A DNA stretch of 64,000 nucleotides from an uncultured virus (IMG/VR IMGVR_UViG_3300037963_004868). Its lineage: Duplodnaviria > Heunggongvirae > Uroviricota > Caudoviricetes. The notes under the pieces are model-generated. The model was not told where the DNA came from and did no database searches. It saw nothing but the letters and a program-made list of their open reading frames with translations. The stretch is from the IMG/VR virus record IMGVR_UViG_3300037963_004868. One strand, given 5' to 3'. Positions 55,301 to 64,000 of this stretch are shown here, piece after piece; the first letter of the stretch is position 1, and each line of letters begins with the position of its first letter. The position numbers and the translations under genes are program-made.

Positions 55301-58300
55301 GCAGTAGAACCAACAGATGCTCTAACAACAGATATAGTATTAAATGTTGCTGCAGTTCCTGCCTGAATAATTCCATTGATTGGACCGAGAAGTTCACCTG
55401 CAACATTAGTGCTAAGACCAACTTCAACAACTTTCATATATTCATCATCAATCTTAAGTAAATCTCTTGGTTGAATAGAAGAAATACCACTAACATTGAA
55501 AGTTGAAAGACCTACAGGAATTGTTCCAACCCCAGCAACATTATAGAATCCATTATTTTCAAGAGTGTGTGAAACTGGAGTAAATGTAATTGGTTGTTGA
55601 ATAATACCATCAAGACTGATAACTGTCTTAGATAGTTTCTTAGTAAATTCCAATTTATGTGCATTACCCTCACCAGGATTAGTGAAAGTTACTCCAATTC
55701 CAGAATTTGCTCTCTCTTTGGTTGTTGCTAATCGGAAACTATTTGCGTTAATGACAATTGGATATACTTTTTCTGGGAGTTGATCTACAACAACGCCAAG
55801 GTAGTTTGAAGTTTCTCCAATACCAACTTCAGATTTTCCAACCCCAACAAAAGTAGATCCTGGAGTGTAAGTCAATTCTTCTCCGGTATTGAAGAAGTGG
55901 TTATTAATTGTAAAAATACCTGTTACTGGATTAAGAACATTTGTATTGGATGGATCAAAAACTTTTTCATAGATAGGAATACCCTCATGATTTAGATCAA
56001 ATGAAGTTCTATTTGCTCTAAATCCATTTAAAGAATCAAAAGAGGAAAGGAATAAATTTTGCTCAAGTGAATTATACTTCAGAGTATTTGGTATATTGTC
56101 AAAATCACTTATAGTGTAGAATACTTCGTTAAATGATTGAGTTGTATAGTTTGTAGAAATATCATCTGGATAGAAATTAACAAAGAAATTGTTGCCTACA
56201 ATCTTAGCACCGAATGAACCCAATCCTGCAGAACCGGCAGTTGCTACAAACATTCCAGGAATAACAGTAACTTCTGAACCACTGCACAAAGCAGTTACTT
56301 GATGCAGAGCTGAACTTGAACCAACAGAAACTCTAACAAGTGATGAAACTGAAGATATAAGAGTTTTATCATATTCTGCAATAGTTGTAATACCTGTGTG
56401 AGTGTCAGATACACAGTCAAGTAACGCACTTCTTTCGGATGTTGGAGGTTGACTATTTTCTAAGAATCTATAAGTATCATCTGTTCCAGATTGTGTAAAT
56501 TCAATAATACTTGAGCGAACATCATAGGTAGAGGTATCAATGCCAGGATTTTTAATACTAACAGTGACAATTCCTACACCATCATATATTGTGGTAACAA
56601 TACCAACATTGGAAGAACTATATGAAAGAGTATCAGAATCAAAATAGTATTCACTAAGATAAGTGTTTGTCCCATCAAAATTAACAAATGCTTCAATATT
56701 TGCAAAATCACCTTTATCAAATCTGTTAATCATTTCAATGCTTATAAAAGCAGCATTGAAATCTGCAGAGTCAATTTGATACAATGCTTTTTCACTAGAA
56801 GCAGTTCCTACACTGGTAATGCCAGTAACGTTTGAATTGACTAAATCGATTGAACCAATTGTATGAGATCCAGTTCCACTAGAAGAATTTAAATATTTCC
56901 TCTTAAGAATTTTGATATCTAAATCAGTATCAAAAGGATCTGTTGGTGTGAAGAATAATATCTTCCTTTCATTTTGAATGTCAAGACTAAATTCTCCAAA
57001 ACTTGTAGTCAATCCTGCAGAAAATGCATTATTTTTTTCAAAAAGATACGTATCAATATTTGATGTTTGAGCAATCAACTCAGAAATCTGAACATCTAAG
57101 GTATCTGGATTTACAATTTGAATTAAATATCTAACATTTGTGTCAGCGATGTTAATCTCTTCAATTTCTATTATATTGCCTTCAAATCCTTTACTGGAAA
57201 ACTTACCGCTAATATCATCATGAATAAGAACTCTGTTAGTTTTACATTCGGTATAGTTTGCTAGTTTTCTATTACCAATTCTAAGGAATTTAGATTGCTC
57301 AGCACCAAGAGAAGTTACTCTAGTATCATCATCAACTGCTATATCAAAATTATTGATTGTCCAAACTTTAGATTCATCAATAATATCAAGAACAGCTACT
57401 GCCGTAGTAGATCCTGACAATTCAGATGCACTATCTACTGATGATGTAATACCAACATCAGCAAAATTTTTCATGCCTGCAGGATGAACAATAGAGTTCA
57501 ATGGACCAGACATTACTGACCAAGGTATTGGACTCTTGACAGAATATGAAAGATTCTGATAATAATCATTATCGGGAGTTACTTGATAGTCTTCACTTAA
57601 TTTACCCTTATCATCTTTCCATCCAAATTCCTTTTTAGAAGAATAATTAATATTAAACTTAGCTCTATCTTTGCCAATTGATATAATTTCGGCAATAGTT
57701 CCGGTAATTTTACCTTTAATTTTATCTCCAGATTTGAACTCTTGAGGTCCAACTGTTTTAATAAAGTCTGGTCTTACTAAAGAAACAACTGCTTTAGTCT
57801 CTACAAAACCAGAACCACTGTTAACAAATAAACCTTCATTTAGTGTAAATGATGATCTAGATTGAATAACTTCAATGTCTGGATAATCTTTTTTGTTTAT
57901 AATAGTGGCATATCCAGATTGACTAGTCTTTGCAATACCAGGATTAGTTGTCAAACCAACACCATCTTCATCCACAAGTGAAAATGTAAGTTGCGCTGGA
58001 TTAGAGTTAACAAAACTATCAACTTTGAAGAATCTATAGTTATAATTTTCAGAATTATACCCTTGACCATTAGTTCCAATTAATTCAATACCTTCAACAA
58101 AAATTTGATCACCATCTGCAAAAAGTGATGTAGTAAATCCTAAAATAGGTGTCTTCAATGTGCAAGTCGCAACACCACTAGAACCAGAAACAATAGAACT
58201 AATTCCAACTCCATTTGAATTGTTTATTGCAACCACTCTATGAGGTTCCGATTCCATACCAAGAATTGGTGCAATTTGTTTAATATCAGAAATTGCTGTA

Positions 58301-61300
58301 TTTGGTATAATTGGTAATAAAGAAGAGTTATCTACAACAAAGTTATTTGTTTGATTCCACAATAAAAGATTTGGCGGTGTAATATATTTAAATCCACCAC
58401 TAATGATATTAAATTCAGAAATAGTATCTAAATTATCAATATTAAGTTTTGTAGGAAGTGCCGCTTCTGGTCTCAATGTTTTATCTGATGGATATCCGTA
58501 TCCAAGATTCTCAATTCTAATTTTATTAAGTTTACCTACTGACGTTGAAATTGCTACTAAATTAGCATTTATACCATTTTTAGAAGAAACATCTGTAAAC
58601 TTTGGTAATTTTTTATAATTAAATCCAGAAGATAAAATTTTAACCGATCCAATAGAACTTCTTGCAGTATTTGATTTAGTTTTATATGTCGCTTCATCAC
58701 ATTCTTCTCTAACATTATATTTTAATACTGATGGTAATCTATATGGAGAAATTTTAAAACTTGTTGAAGTTACACCAGTAATATTATATGTTCCATTATA
58801 TTCACTCTTTTCATAATTAATTTCTGAATAATTTTTAACATCAATATCTGCAGTACTAATATATCCTGCTTTTTCTACTGCATAGAAAAGTTTTGATGGA
58901 ATATTTTCCGAGTACCTTAAGGTTATAGATGCAGTTCCAACTCCAGAAACACCAATATTTTCAACATTAAAATTGGTGTCATCATATGAAGTTATAAACT
59001 CATTTTCAAAATTTTCATCATAGAAAATCTTAAAATTATATTCAGTCAGAGAAGGATCTCCTAAAAGGAATTGAATATCAGAATTTCTAATAACATCAAT
59101 CTTTGGATTTACTTTAGCAAAACTATGAATACTTGCACCTGTTCCAACAATATTAACTACTTTTTCTGTTTTTGGATTTGATTCATATAAAGTTTCTGCA
59201 AGTCTAAATGTGTTTCTACCGTCTCTGATAGTATAATATAAACCTGTAGTTAATCCTGATGCAACTTCTATACTCTCATAATAAACTTTTTCGCCAGTTT
59301 CAAATCCGTGATTGGTTAGAGTAATTGTATTTGATGCTATATTGATAGCATCAGAATTGATGCCAATAGGATTGATTAATAATGATTTTGTATCTTCTTT
59401 GAATACTACAGTTGCTGCGGCAGTTGTTCCAACTCCAACAATAGTATTTGGTTTTACATCAAGAGTAATTACATCATTATTTCTCAATCCATGTGTTGAA
59501 GAAGTACTAACAGTAGTGATAAGTCTATCAACATCGCCAGTAATTTGTGTTGGATTATTTTTAAGTAAGTATTCTGCATTATTCGATCCACCACTACGGA
59601 AATAAAGTCCATCGGTAAATGTTGAAAGACCTACTGTGGTAGTCAGTCCAATATAATTTTGACCCTTATTGATTGCATATACAGTTGCTACAGTTGCTCT
59701 ATTTTCTGGTAGATTAAACTGAGTTGAATCTGACTCGTCTGAAACAATGAGAACATCAGCGGCAGTAACAGCACTATCATTCATGCTGAAACTAAGTTCT
59801 TCACCAGTCTTAAATCCATGATTAGGTACATAGATTGTTCTAGTTGGAATTTTAACCAGGTTATCTACACCACCAATAGTGATAGTTTTTTCAATAGCAC
59901 CATTAGTAGTGGTTCCAAATCCAACTGCATTATTCGCATTAAAATAAACTAATTTAGAACGCGACGATTTAAAAGATGGAGTTTTTGCTTGAATTTTAAT
60001 TCTATCTGGAATTAAATTAACTTCACTACTCAGAGTATGAGCAACACCAGCGTTTCCAAATCTCTTAACTTTTATAGTGCCATTATTGTAGTTGTTTAAA
60101 ACTCTTACAGTTTCATCAGTTATAATACTGCCATCATCAGAGTGAATGACAATAGTACTACCAATGGAAATATTTGCCAATTGATCAATAAAAATATCTT
60201 CAGTTATACCACCATTTGTGGTATAAGAACTCATTGTTGCTGCAAGACTAATAGTATCTGAAGAAATACCTGCTTTATGCGTACCTTTTAAATTTGCAAT
60301 AGATGTTGTCAATCCACTGATAAGAATATTTTCATTATTATTGACATCAAATCCATTTTCAAAATATGCAGATACTTGGAATTGACTGTCTCTAACAAAA
60401 ACTGAATTTGCGTATTGATCTAAGTCTGTATCAATTTCTGTAATATTTTTACCAATGAGTTCAGATACTTCAACCGATAGTCCGGACCCACCAGTTTCAG
60501 TTTGATCAAAATTGACTATATCACCTACCTGATAATCTTTACCACCAGAAAAAATATCAATTTTTTCTACAGAACCTCTAGTGACAGAGGTAACAAAAGT
60601 TTTTTGTGCAAAAGTTTCATACCCCTCATCAATAAAATCATAATCTGCGTTTTCACTAGCGATTTTATATGGGAATACATTTCTAACTAGATTTGAATTG
60701 TTAAAGTCAAATGTCTGATCTAAGTATAAATTATCTTGATCAAGTTTTGATTTAAATGTATTTCCAACAAAATATGGATAAAGTGGAACAAGTTTGTTTA
60801 CGACTAAACTTGTTGTTACACCTGCAAAATATGCATAAATTCCATTTGGAAACTCTGGAGTTTTGCAAAATCTTCCATTATGAACATCTAAATCTCCATT
60901 ATTATCGAACTTATAATCTTCAATGAAATATCCCGGTGCAAATATAGATGTGCTTGGTCTATCAAAAACAGAATTTGAATCTAAAGAATATCCAGGAGTA
61001 AGTAAAGTGGGACCAGACTGAACATTATCAGCATCTTTGTATCCATATGGTCCATAGATTGGATTGCCATCATATGCCCAACCAATAATTTTAGAGTGTT
61101 CGCTGTTTATTTTATCATCAAAAACACCTGCCAAATCTTCAGAATATCCCAAAATAGAATATTCTAATCCATCTTCTGTATTATTTTCTTTTAAAATTCC
61201 AAATATTTTTTGATTTTTGAGAATAGAACTTTCAGCGTATCTTTCCGCATCATTTACAGAAAGACTTCTAATCTTTGTATTGAAAATTGCACCAGAACCT

Positions 61301-63999
61301 CTTGGTTTTACTCTGATAGTTGTGCTATCTGGATTATAACCAATACCTTCATTGATAACGATTACATCATTAATTTTCCCATTAACAATTACTGGTCTTA
61401 AAATTGCACCAGAACCAACGTTAAATTCATCTTCAACAATTAACTCTGGAGTAGAAAAATATTCTTTTCCAGAACCAAGTACTTGTACTTCAATAATTCT
61501 ACCATTTGATATTATTGGATTAAGTTGTGCAAGTTTTCCATTCTTTATACTAACAATAGGTTGTTTCTGTAAATTCAATACAGTCGAACCATATCCAGCA
61601 CCAGATTCATACATGTAAGCATCTACAATTGGTCCTGTAATAATTGGTGTAAAATTAAGATTACCAGTTAATGTTGAACCAAAAGAAACTGTTGCAGTTA
61701 CTGTAATTGGTGGATATTGGAATACATGATATCCAGAACCAATACCAGATATTTCTGTATATCTAGATCTTGTTAAATCATTAGTGAGAGTTGCTCCTGC
61801 ACCAACGTTTATTAATCTAAAATTATCATCATCAAGTTTTTGAATTGAATATTGAACGTTTGTTGAAAGTCCATCAATTAATTGATTACCCTCAGTTGTT
61901 TCTTCTGTAGAATATTCAACAATATCACCATTGTTAAATCCATGATTTTTAAAAGTAAATCTATCATACTGGGTGGATATTCCGGAGGATTTTATTCTTA
62001 ACTTCCTGTGTTGATATCCAGAACCTGGTTCTATGACTTTTACTTTTTTCAGAGTTGGTGTAGGAATAGTTCTGAACTGGTGTATACCACTTTCTGTAGT
62101 TGCTGTGCTAAATCCAATTGTATTAATACCTGAAGAGGCATCTGAGATATTATTAAAAAGTTTAATTGTTGAAGTGTTTACTATTCTAACAAAGTATTCA
62201 TCTCCAGATACAAGTCTATTATCAAGACTGTTTGAAGGATCTTGAAAATCTCCGATACCAATTTCATTATTTCCATTTGAATTGTAGGATACTTTTTGAA
62301 ATTGTGATAAATTATGTGGTTTGAGGAAGGTTATTGTTTCATCATTACTATCAATACCACCACCTAATTGGAGTGCTCTACTATCAAACTCCAATGTTCT
62401 GAATCTATCTCCAATGATAGGTTCTAAAATACATCCACTGCCATTCGCACCTTGTAACGTTATTGCAGAAATTCCATCGATATCAAAGTCCTGTGGGTCA
62501 ATTAAAACTTCAGAAACCGAACCAGAAATAATTGGTTCTACAAGAGCAGATGAACCTACACCAGTAGTAATTCTCAACTGTGGTGGATTAATCATATCAT
62601 AATTCATACCACCATTAAAAACTTCAAAATCTGTCAACGGTCCATAATAAATTTTATCATTGGACTTTGGACTTAAAATTTGTACACCATCTATTAATTG
62701 TCCAATATGTAAAGTTCCTCTGTCTGAACTATCCGAGTTTGTAATTACTTTATTGAGGGGATATTTTCTCAGTATTGGTGATGGTAAAATTTTTCTAGAT
62801 TTCTGAGTTATTAATGTAAATCTATGTGTTGCTGCAGTATCTAAATTTGGACTAAACTCAATAAAATCAGTTCCAGATGATAATAAAGAACTTGAAATGT
62901 AAAGTCTAATTTTATTGGGTTGAATTACATCAACAATATATGATTCTCCAGACTTAAGACCTTTAAGCGGTTTATCTGAAGTATATCTAACTCTATCACC
63001 ATCAATAAATTTTATGGTAGATGAAAATTTTATTATTGAATAGGATTTACTAAAATCACTGTATCCTCCAAAATTATCCACTGTACCATCTGAAAGTTCA
63101 TATTCAATCAAAGAATCTTCAATTTCATATTCAGGTAAAGAAAGTGATGCAACATATCCAAATGTTGAATTGTCATCACAATATACATTTTGAATATTGG
63201 CAAAATACTTATCGTTCCCTAAAACTAAGTCAACATTAGAGCTTGTAACTTTTTCAATTTTTCTTCTAATACTATACTCAACGAGAGGGTTTGGATTAAA
63301 AGAAGTGTCTATATTACTAACTATAACCTGATTAAGTGTAGTATTAATTGATGAAATTGTGGCATTACTAGCAACTACCGTTTCCGAACTACCAACTAGT
63401 ATGTCAATTATATCTCCAATCTTTAAACTTGATTTATCAATTTTGGAATATAATGTGTATGTTGAACCTTCAATCTTTTTAACATTATATCTTGAACTTG
63501 TATTGTAAATCCAGGAATTAGCAAAAATTTCTTTGTAAGAAGTATATACTTCTGGATTTTGAATTACTTCTCCAGTAGATAATATTCTAATTTCTTCTCC
63601 CTCTTCTAGAAGTGAGACATCATCAATCTCCACAAAATTATTTAAAACACCTGTCAAACGGATGTTTACTTTTCTTTCTAAATCTCCATTACCATATCCA
63701 TAAACAAATACTTCAGATCTAACTTCATCAGTTACATTAACTGCTTCAGTAATACCAGTACATCCAAAAAATTGGTTTATACTTTTAGAAGTAAAGTTAA
63801 TAGTATTATTTCCTGAAACAATAGTTCCAGAGTCATTAAAACCAATCGTAGAATCTACAGTAAGTATATCTGCACCTATTGCAGCAGATTCTATTGCTTT
63901 AGTGAATCCAGGTACAATGAAAGAATTTTCAAAACTTGAGTTGTCATCAAATCCTACAAAAAGTTCAAGTTTATAATATGTTTTTGTGTCTCTGGTAAA
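52345..63999 (-). CDS. Giant baseplate wedge initiator-like protein (gp7 position), 5' end outside window
   Basis: Frame stays open from 63657 to the right edge (hand-checked), so more than 3880 aa; DNDYYQNLSYSVKS...VHPAGMKNF motif; lies upstream of gp8. Confidence 0.8.
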   Translation of the reverse strand, partial: FTRDTKTYYKLELFVGFDDNSSFENSFIVPGFTKAIESAAIGADILTVDSTIGFNDSGTIVSGNNTINFTSKSINQFFGCTGITEAVNVTDEVRSEVFVYGYGNGDLERKVNIRLTGVLNNFVEIDDVSLLEEGEEIRILSTGEVIQNPEVYTSYKEIFANSWIYNTSSRYNVKKIEGSTYTLYSKIDKSSLKIGDIIDILVGSSETVVASNATISSINTTLNQVIVSNIDTSFNPNPLVEYSIRRKIEKVTSSNVDLVLGNDKYFANIQNVYCDDNSTFGYVASLSLPEYEIEDSLIEYELSDGTVDNFGGYSDFSKSYSIIKFSSTIKFIDGDRVRYTSDKPLKGLKSGESYIVDVIQPNKIRLYISSSLLSSGTDFIEFSPNLDTAATHRFTLITQKSRKILPSPILRKYPLNKVITNSDSSDRGTLHIGQLIDGVQILSPKSNDKIYYGPLTDFEVFNGGMNYDMINPPQLRITTGVGSSALVEPIISGSVSEVLIDPQDFDIDGISAITLQGANGSGCILEPIIGDRFRTLEFDSRALQLGGGIDSNDETITFLKPHNLSQFQKVSYNSNGNNEIGIGDFQDPSNSLDNRLVSGDEYFVRIVNTSTIKLFNNISDASSGINTIGFSTATTESGIHQFRTIPTPTLKKVKVIEPGSGYQHRKLRIKSSGISTQYDRFTFKNHGFNNGDIVEYSTEETTEGNQLIDGLSTNVQYSIQKLDDDNFRLINVGAGATLTNDLTRSRYTEISGIGSGYHVFQYPPITVTATVSFGSTLTGNLNFTPIITGPIVDAYMYESGAGYGSTVLNLQKQPIVSIKNGKLAQLNPIISNGRIIEVQVLGSGKEYFSTPELIVEDEFNVGSGAILRPVIVNGKINDVIVINEGIGYNPDSTTIRVKPRGSGAIFNTKIRSLSVNDAERYAESSILKNQKIFGILKENNTEDGLEYSILGYSEDLAGVFDDKINSEHSKIIGWAYDGNPIYGPYGYKDADNVQSGPTLLTPGYSLDSNSVFDRPSTSIFAPGYFIEDYKFDNNGDLDVHNGRFCKTPEFPNGIYAYFAGVTTSLVVNKLVPLYPYFVGNTFKSKLDQDNLYLDQTFDFNNSNLVRNVFPYKIASENADYDFIDEGYETFAQKTFVTSVTRGSVEKIDIFSGGKDYQVGDIVNFDQTETGGSGLSVEVSELIGKNITEIDTDLDQYANSVFVRDSQFQVSAYFENGFDVNNNENILISGLTTSIANLKGTHKAGISSDTISLAATMSSYTTNGGITEDIFIDQLANISIGSTIVIHSDDGSIITDETVRVLNNYNNGTIKVKRFGNAGVAHTLSSEVNLIPDRIKIQAKTPSFKSSRSKLVYFNANNAVGFGTTTNGAIEKTITIGGVDNLVKIPTRTIYVPNHGFKTGEELSFSMNDSAVTAADVLIVSDESDSTQFNLPENRATVATVYAINKGQNYIGLTTTVGLSTFTDGLYFRSGGSNNAEYLLKNNPTQITGDVDRLITTVSTSSTHGLRNNDVITLDVKPNTIVGVGTTAAATVVFKEDTKSLLINPIGINSDAINIASNTITLTNHGFETGEKVYYESIEVASGLTTGLYYTIRDGRNTFRLAETLYESNPKTEKVVNIVGTGASIHSFAKVNPKIDVIRNSDIQFLLGDPSLTEYNFKIFYDENFENEFITSYDDTNFNVENIGVSGVGTASITLRYSENIPSKLFYAVEKAGYISTADIDVKNYSEINYEKSEYNGTYNITGVTSTSFKISPYRLPSVLKYNVREECDEATYKTKSNTARSSIGSVKILSSGFNYKKLPKFTDVSSKNGINANLVAISTSVGKLNKIRIENLGYGYPSDKTLRPEAALPTKLNIDNLDTISEFNIISGGFKYITPPNLLLWNQTNNFVVDNSSLLPIIPNTAISDIKQIAPILGMESEPHRVVAINNSNGVGISSIVSGSSGVATCTLKTPILGFTTSLFADGDQIFVEGIELIGTNGQGYNSENYNYRFFKVDSFVNSNPAQLTFSLVDEDGVGLTTNPGIAKTSQSGYATIINKKDYPDIEVIQSRSSFTLNEGLFVNSGSGFVETKAVVSLVRPDFIKTVGPQEFKSGDKIKGKITGTIAEIISIGKDRAKFNINYSSKKEFGWKDDKGKLSEDYQVTPDNDYYQNLSYSVKSPIPWSVMSGPLNSIVHPAGMKNFADVGITSSVDSASELSGSTTAVAVLDIIDESKVWTINNFDIAVDDDTRVTSLGAEQSKFLRIGNRKLANYTECKTNRVLIHDDISGKFSSKGFEGNIIEIEEINIADTNVRYLIQIVNPDTLDVQISELIAQTSNIDTYLFEKNNAFSAGLTTSFGEFSLDIQNERKILFFTPTDPFDTDLDIKILKRKYLNSSSGTGSHTIGSIDLVNSNVTGITSVGTASSEKALYQIDSADFNAAFISIEMINRFDKGDFANIEAFVNFDGTNTYLSEYYFDSDTLSYSSSNVGIVTTIYDGVGIVTVSIKNPGIDTSTYDVRSSIIEFTQSGTDDTYRFLENSQPPTSERSALLDCVSDTHTGITTIAEYDKTLISSVSSLVRVSVGSSSALHQVTALCSGSEVTVIPGMFVATAGSAGLGSFGAKIVGNNFFVNFYPDDISTNYTTQSFNEVFYTISDFDNIPNTLKYNSLEQNLFLSSFDSLNGFRANRTSFDLNHEGIPIYEKVFDPSNTNVLNPVTGIFTINNHFFNTGEELTYTPGSTFVGVGKSEVGIGETSNYLGVVVDQLPEKVYPIVINANSFRLATTKERANSGIGVTFTNPGEGNAHKLEFTKKLSKTVISLDGIIQQPITFTPVSHTLENNGFYNVAGVGTIPVGLSTFNVSGISSIQPRDLLKIDDEYMKVVEVGLSTNVAGELLGPINGIIQAGTAATFNTISVVRASVGSTAAPHNDGANVQIYKGSFDIVDSKVHFTDPPTGSARTRRDNSNLPFVTSVFSGRTFLRSNYDTNMIFDEVSNQFTGVGQTFTMKVGGANTTGIDIGNGILLLNGVFQTPTTINNLGNNYKFENSGILGISSVVFSGITSENGSYVQSDFDINQNQLPRGGLIVSLGSTPGLGYAPLYGAKTKVDINASGQITDIVGVNTFRDAVSISTAAYDKVTGIIELETSTNHNLVGGDRVQLVGLHFTCTPAYSGVTTTIFPDHNRSFDIVNILSDTKLNVQVGTSTITHNYVGFGNVFKHYSLSHGSGYRDPVSIGVSDLSGTGSGAVVTAQVGVGGTLIFSVDNQGTGYGNPILDIPEPIYENMEVVGVSRLGVGPTTETGENLLLNVTIGAAGTNVGIGSTLFEVESFNVRRNGYAFRPGDVFKVSGLVTASHLSEPISDFELEVVETFNDSMSAWSFGEMNYIDSIGAFQNGSRKRFPLIYQGELLSFEIDPNAALSTEIDLNAVLLIFVNGVLQQPGSSYTFEGGTSFIFQQAPSDSDKIDIFFYLGQDGVDVILVDVDETFKIGDEVLVKKHPNFALTKDQDRNRTILDIISADTIETDIYLGPGINENDFKPLSWTKQKRDKFVKGDFVYKTRDSIEPRILPTSKIIGNIDKGSNQIFVDNAQFFNYEENNYSISINSLEGLIVEGVDPVSAAITVTVGASGTISALTINNVGSGYSGSTLDVKFTAPLDIGVGVGTTATATVSIVDGSIDSTTITNIGLGYSITNPPQAIVEIPKGRHELVENITNIEGFTGIITGISTTAGSGDCGMALNIDYNRIDFSNNSSFTNSLVAGYPVYVYDTSVGHGVTTVDGNDNSTVGIGTTFLDAVYMVHAVSNNGNNGRITCNIHSNTNIVGIATTGSYLPSDPDATISAGKLSWGRLYNAIDGVTRTNPVSIGVTGLTVDSGLSTFPTIQRRDFGFKSSGALRKTSNGPDASENSSGYPIL

Positions 64000-64000
64000 A

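Noticed and set aside
1..64000. tRNA, rRNA or photosynthesis genes (psbA, hli)
   Set aside because: None recognised; intergenic gaps are short and explained by promoters, terminators or small ORFs. The cyanobacterial host is therefore inferred, not proven.

Overview
64 kb segment of a T4-like myovirus, most probably a marine cyanophage (Kyanoviridae-like; inferred from cobS/cobT-like genes, hsp20, a 2OG-Fe(II) oxygenase and giant baseplate genes). Every supported gene is on the minus strand. In transcription order (right to left) it holds baseplate genes (giant gp7-like, gp8, a 2458-aa structural protein), neck/tail/packaging/head genes (gp13-gp23), gp3-uvsY-uvsW, gp55-gp47-gp46, a cobT/cobS-like pair interleaved with late accessory genes, gp45-gp44-dam-gp62-regA, hsp20, and the 5' part of DNA polymerase gp43. 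I saw no tRNA, rRNA, CRISPR array, intron or intein. Most interesting: (1) a 936-aa protein between gp16 and gp17 that looks like a polyprotein of small basic modules punctuated by prohead-protease-type (L/I/M/V)-x-E sites, plus other late proteins sharing a short helical motif; (2) a 59-aa NblA-like ORF missed by the ORF track; (3) four dispersed Sm-like paralogs, three next to candidate small/antisense RNA promoters; (4) a duplicated palindrome+terminator+(-10) cassette in front of cobS and cobT. Family calls come from motif recognition by eye, not database searches.
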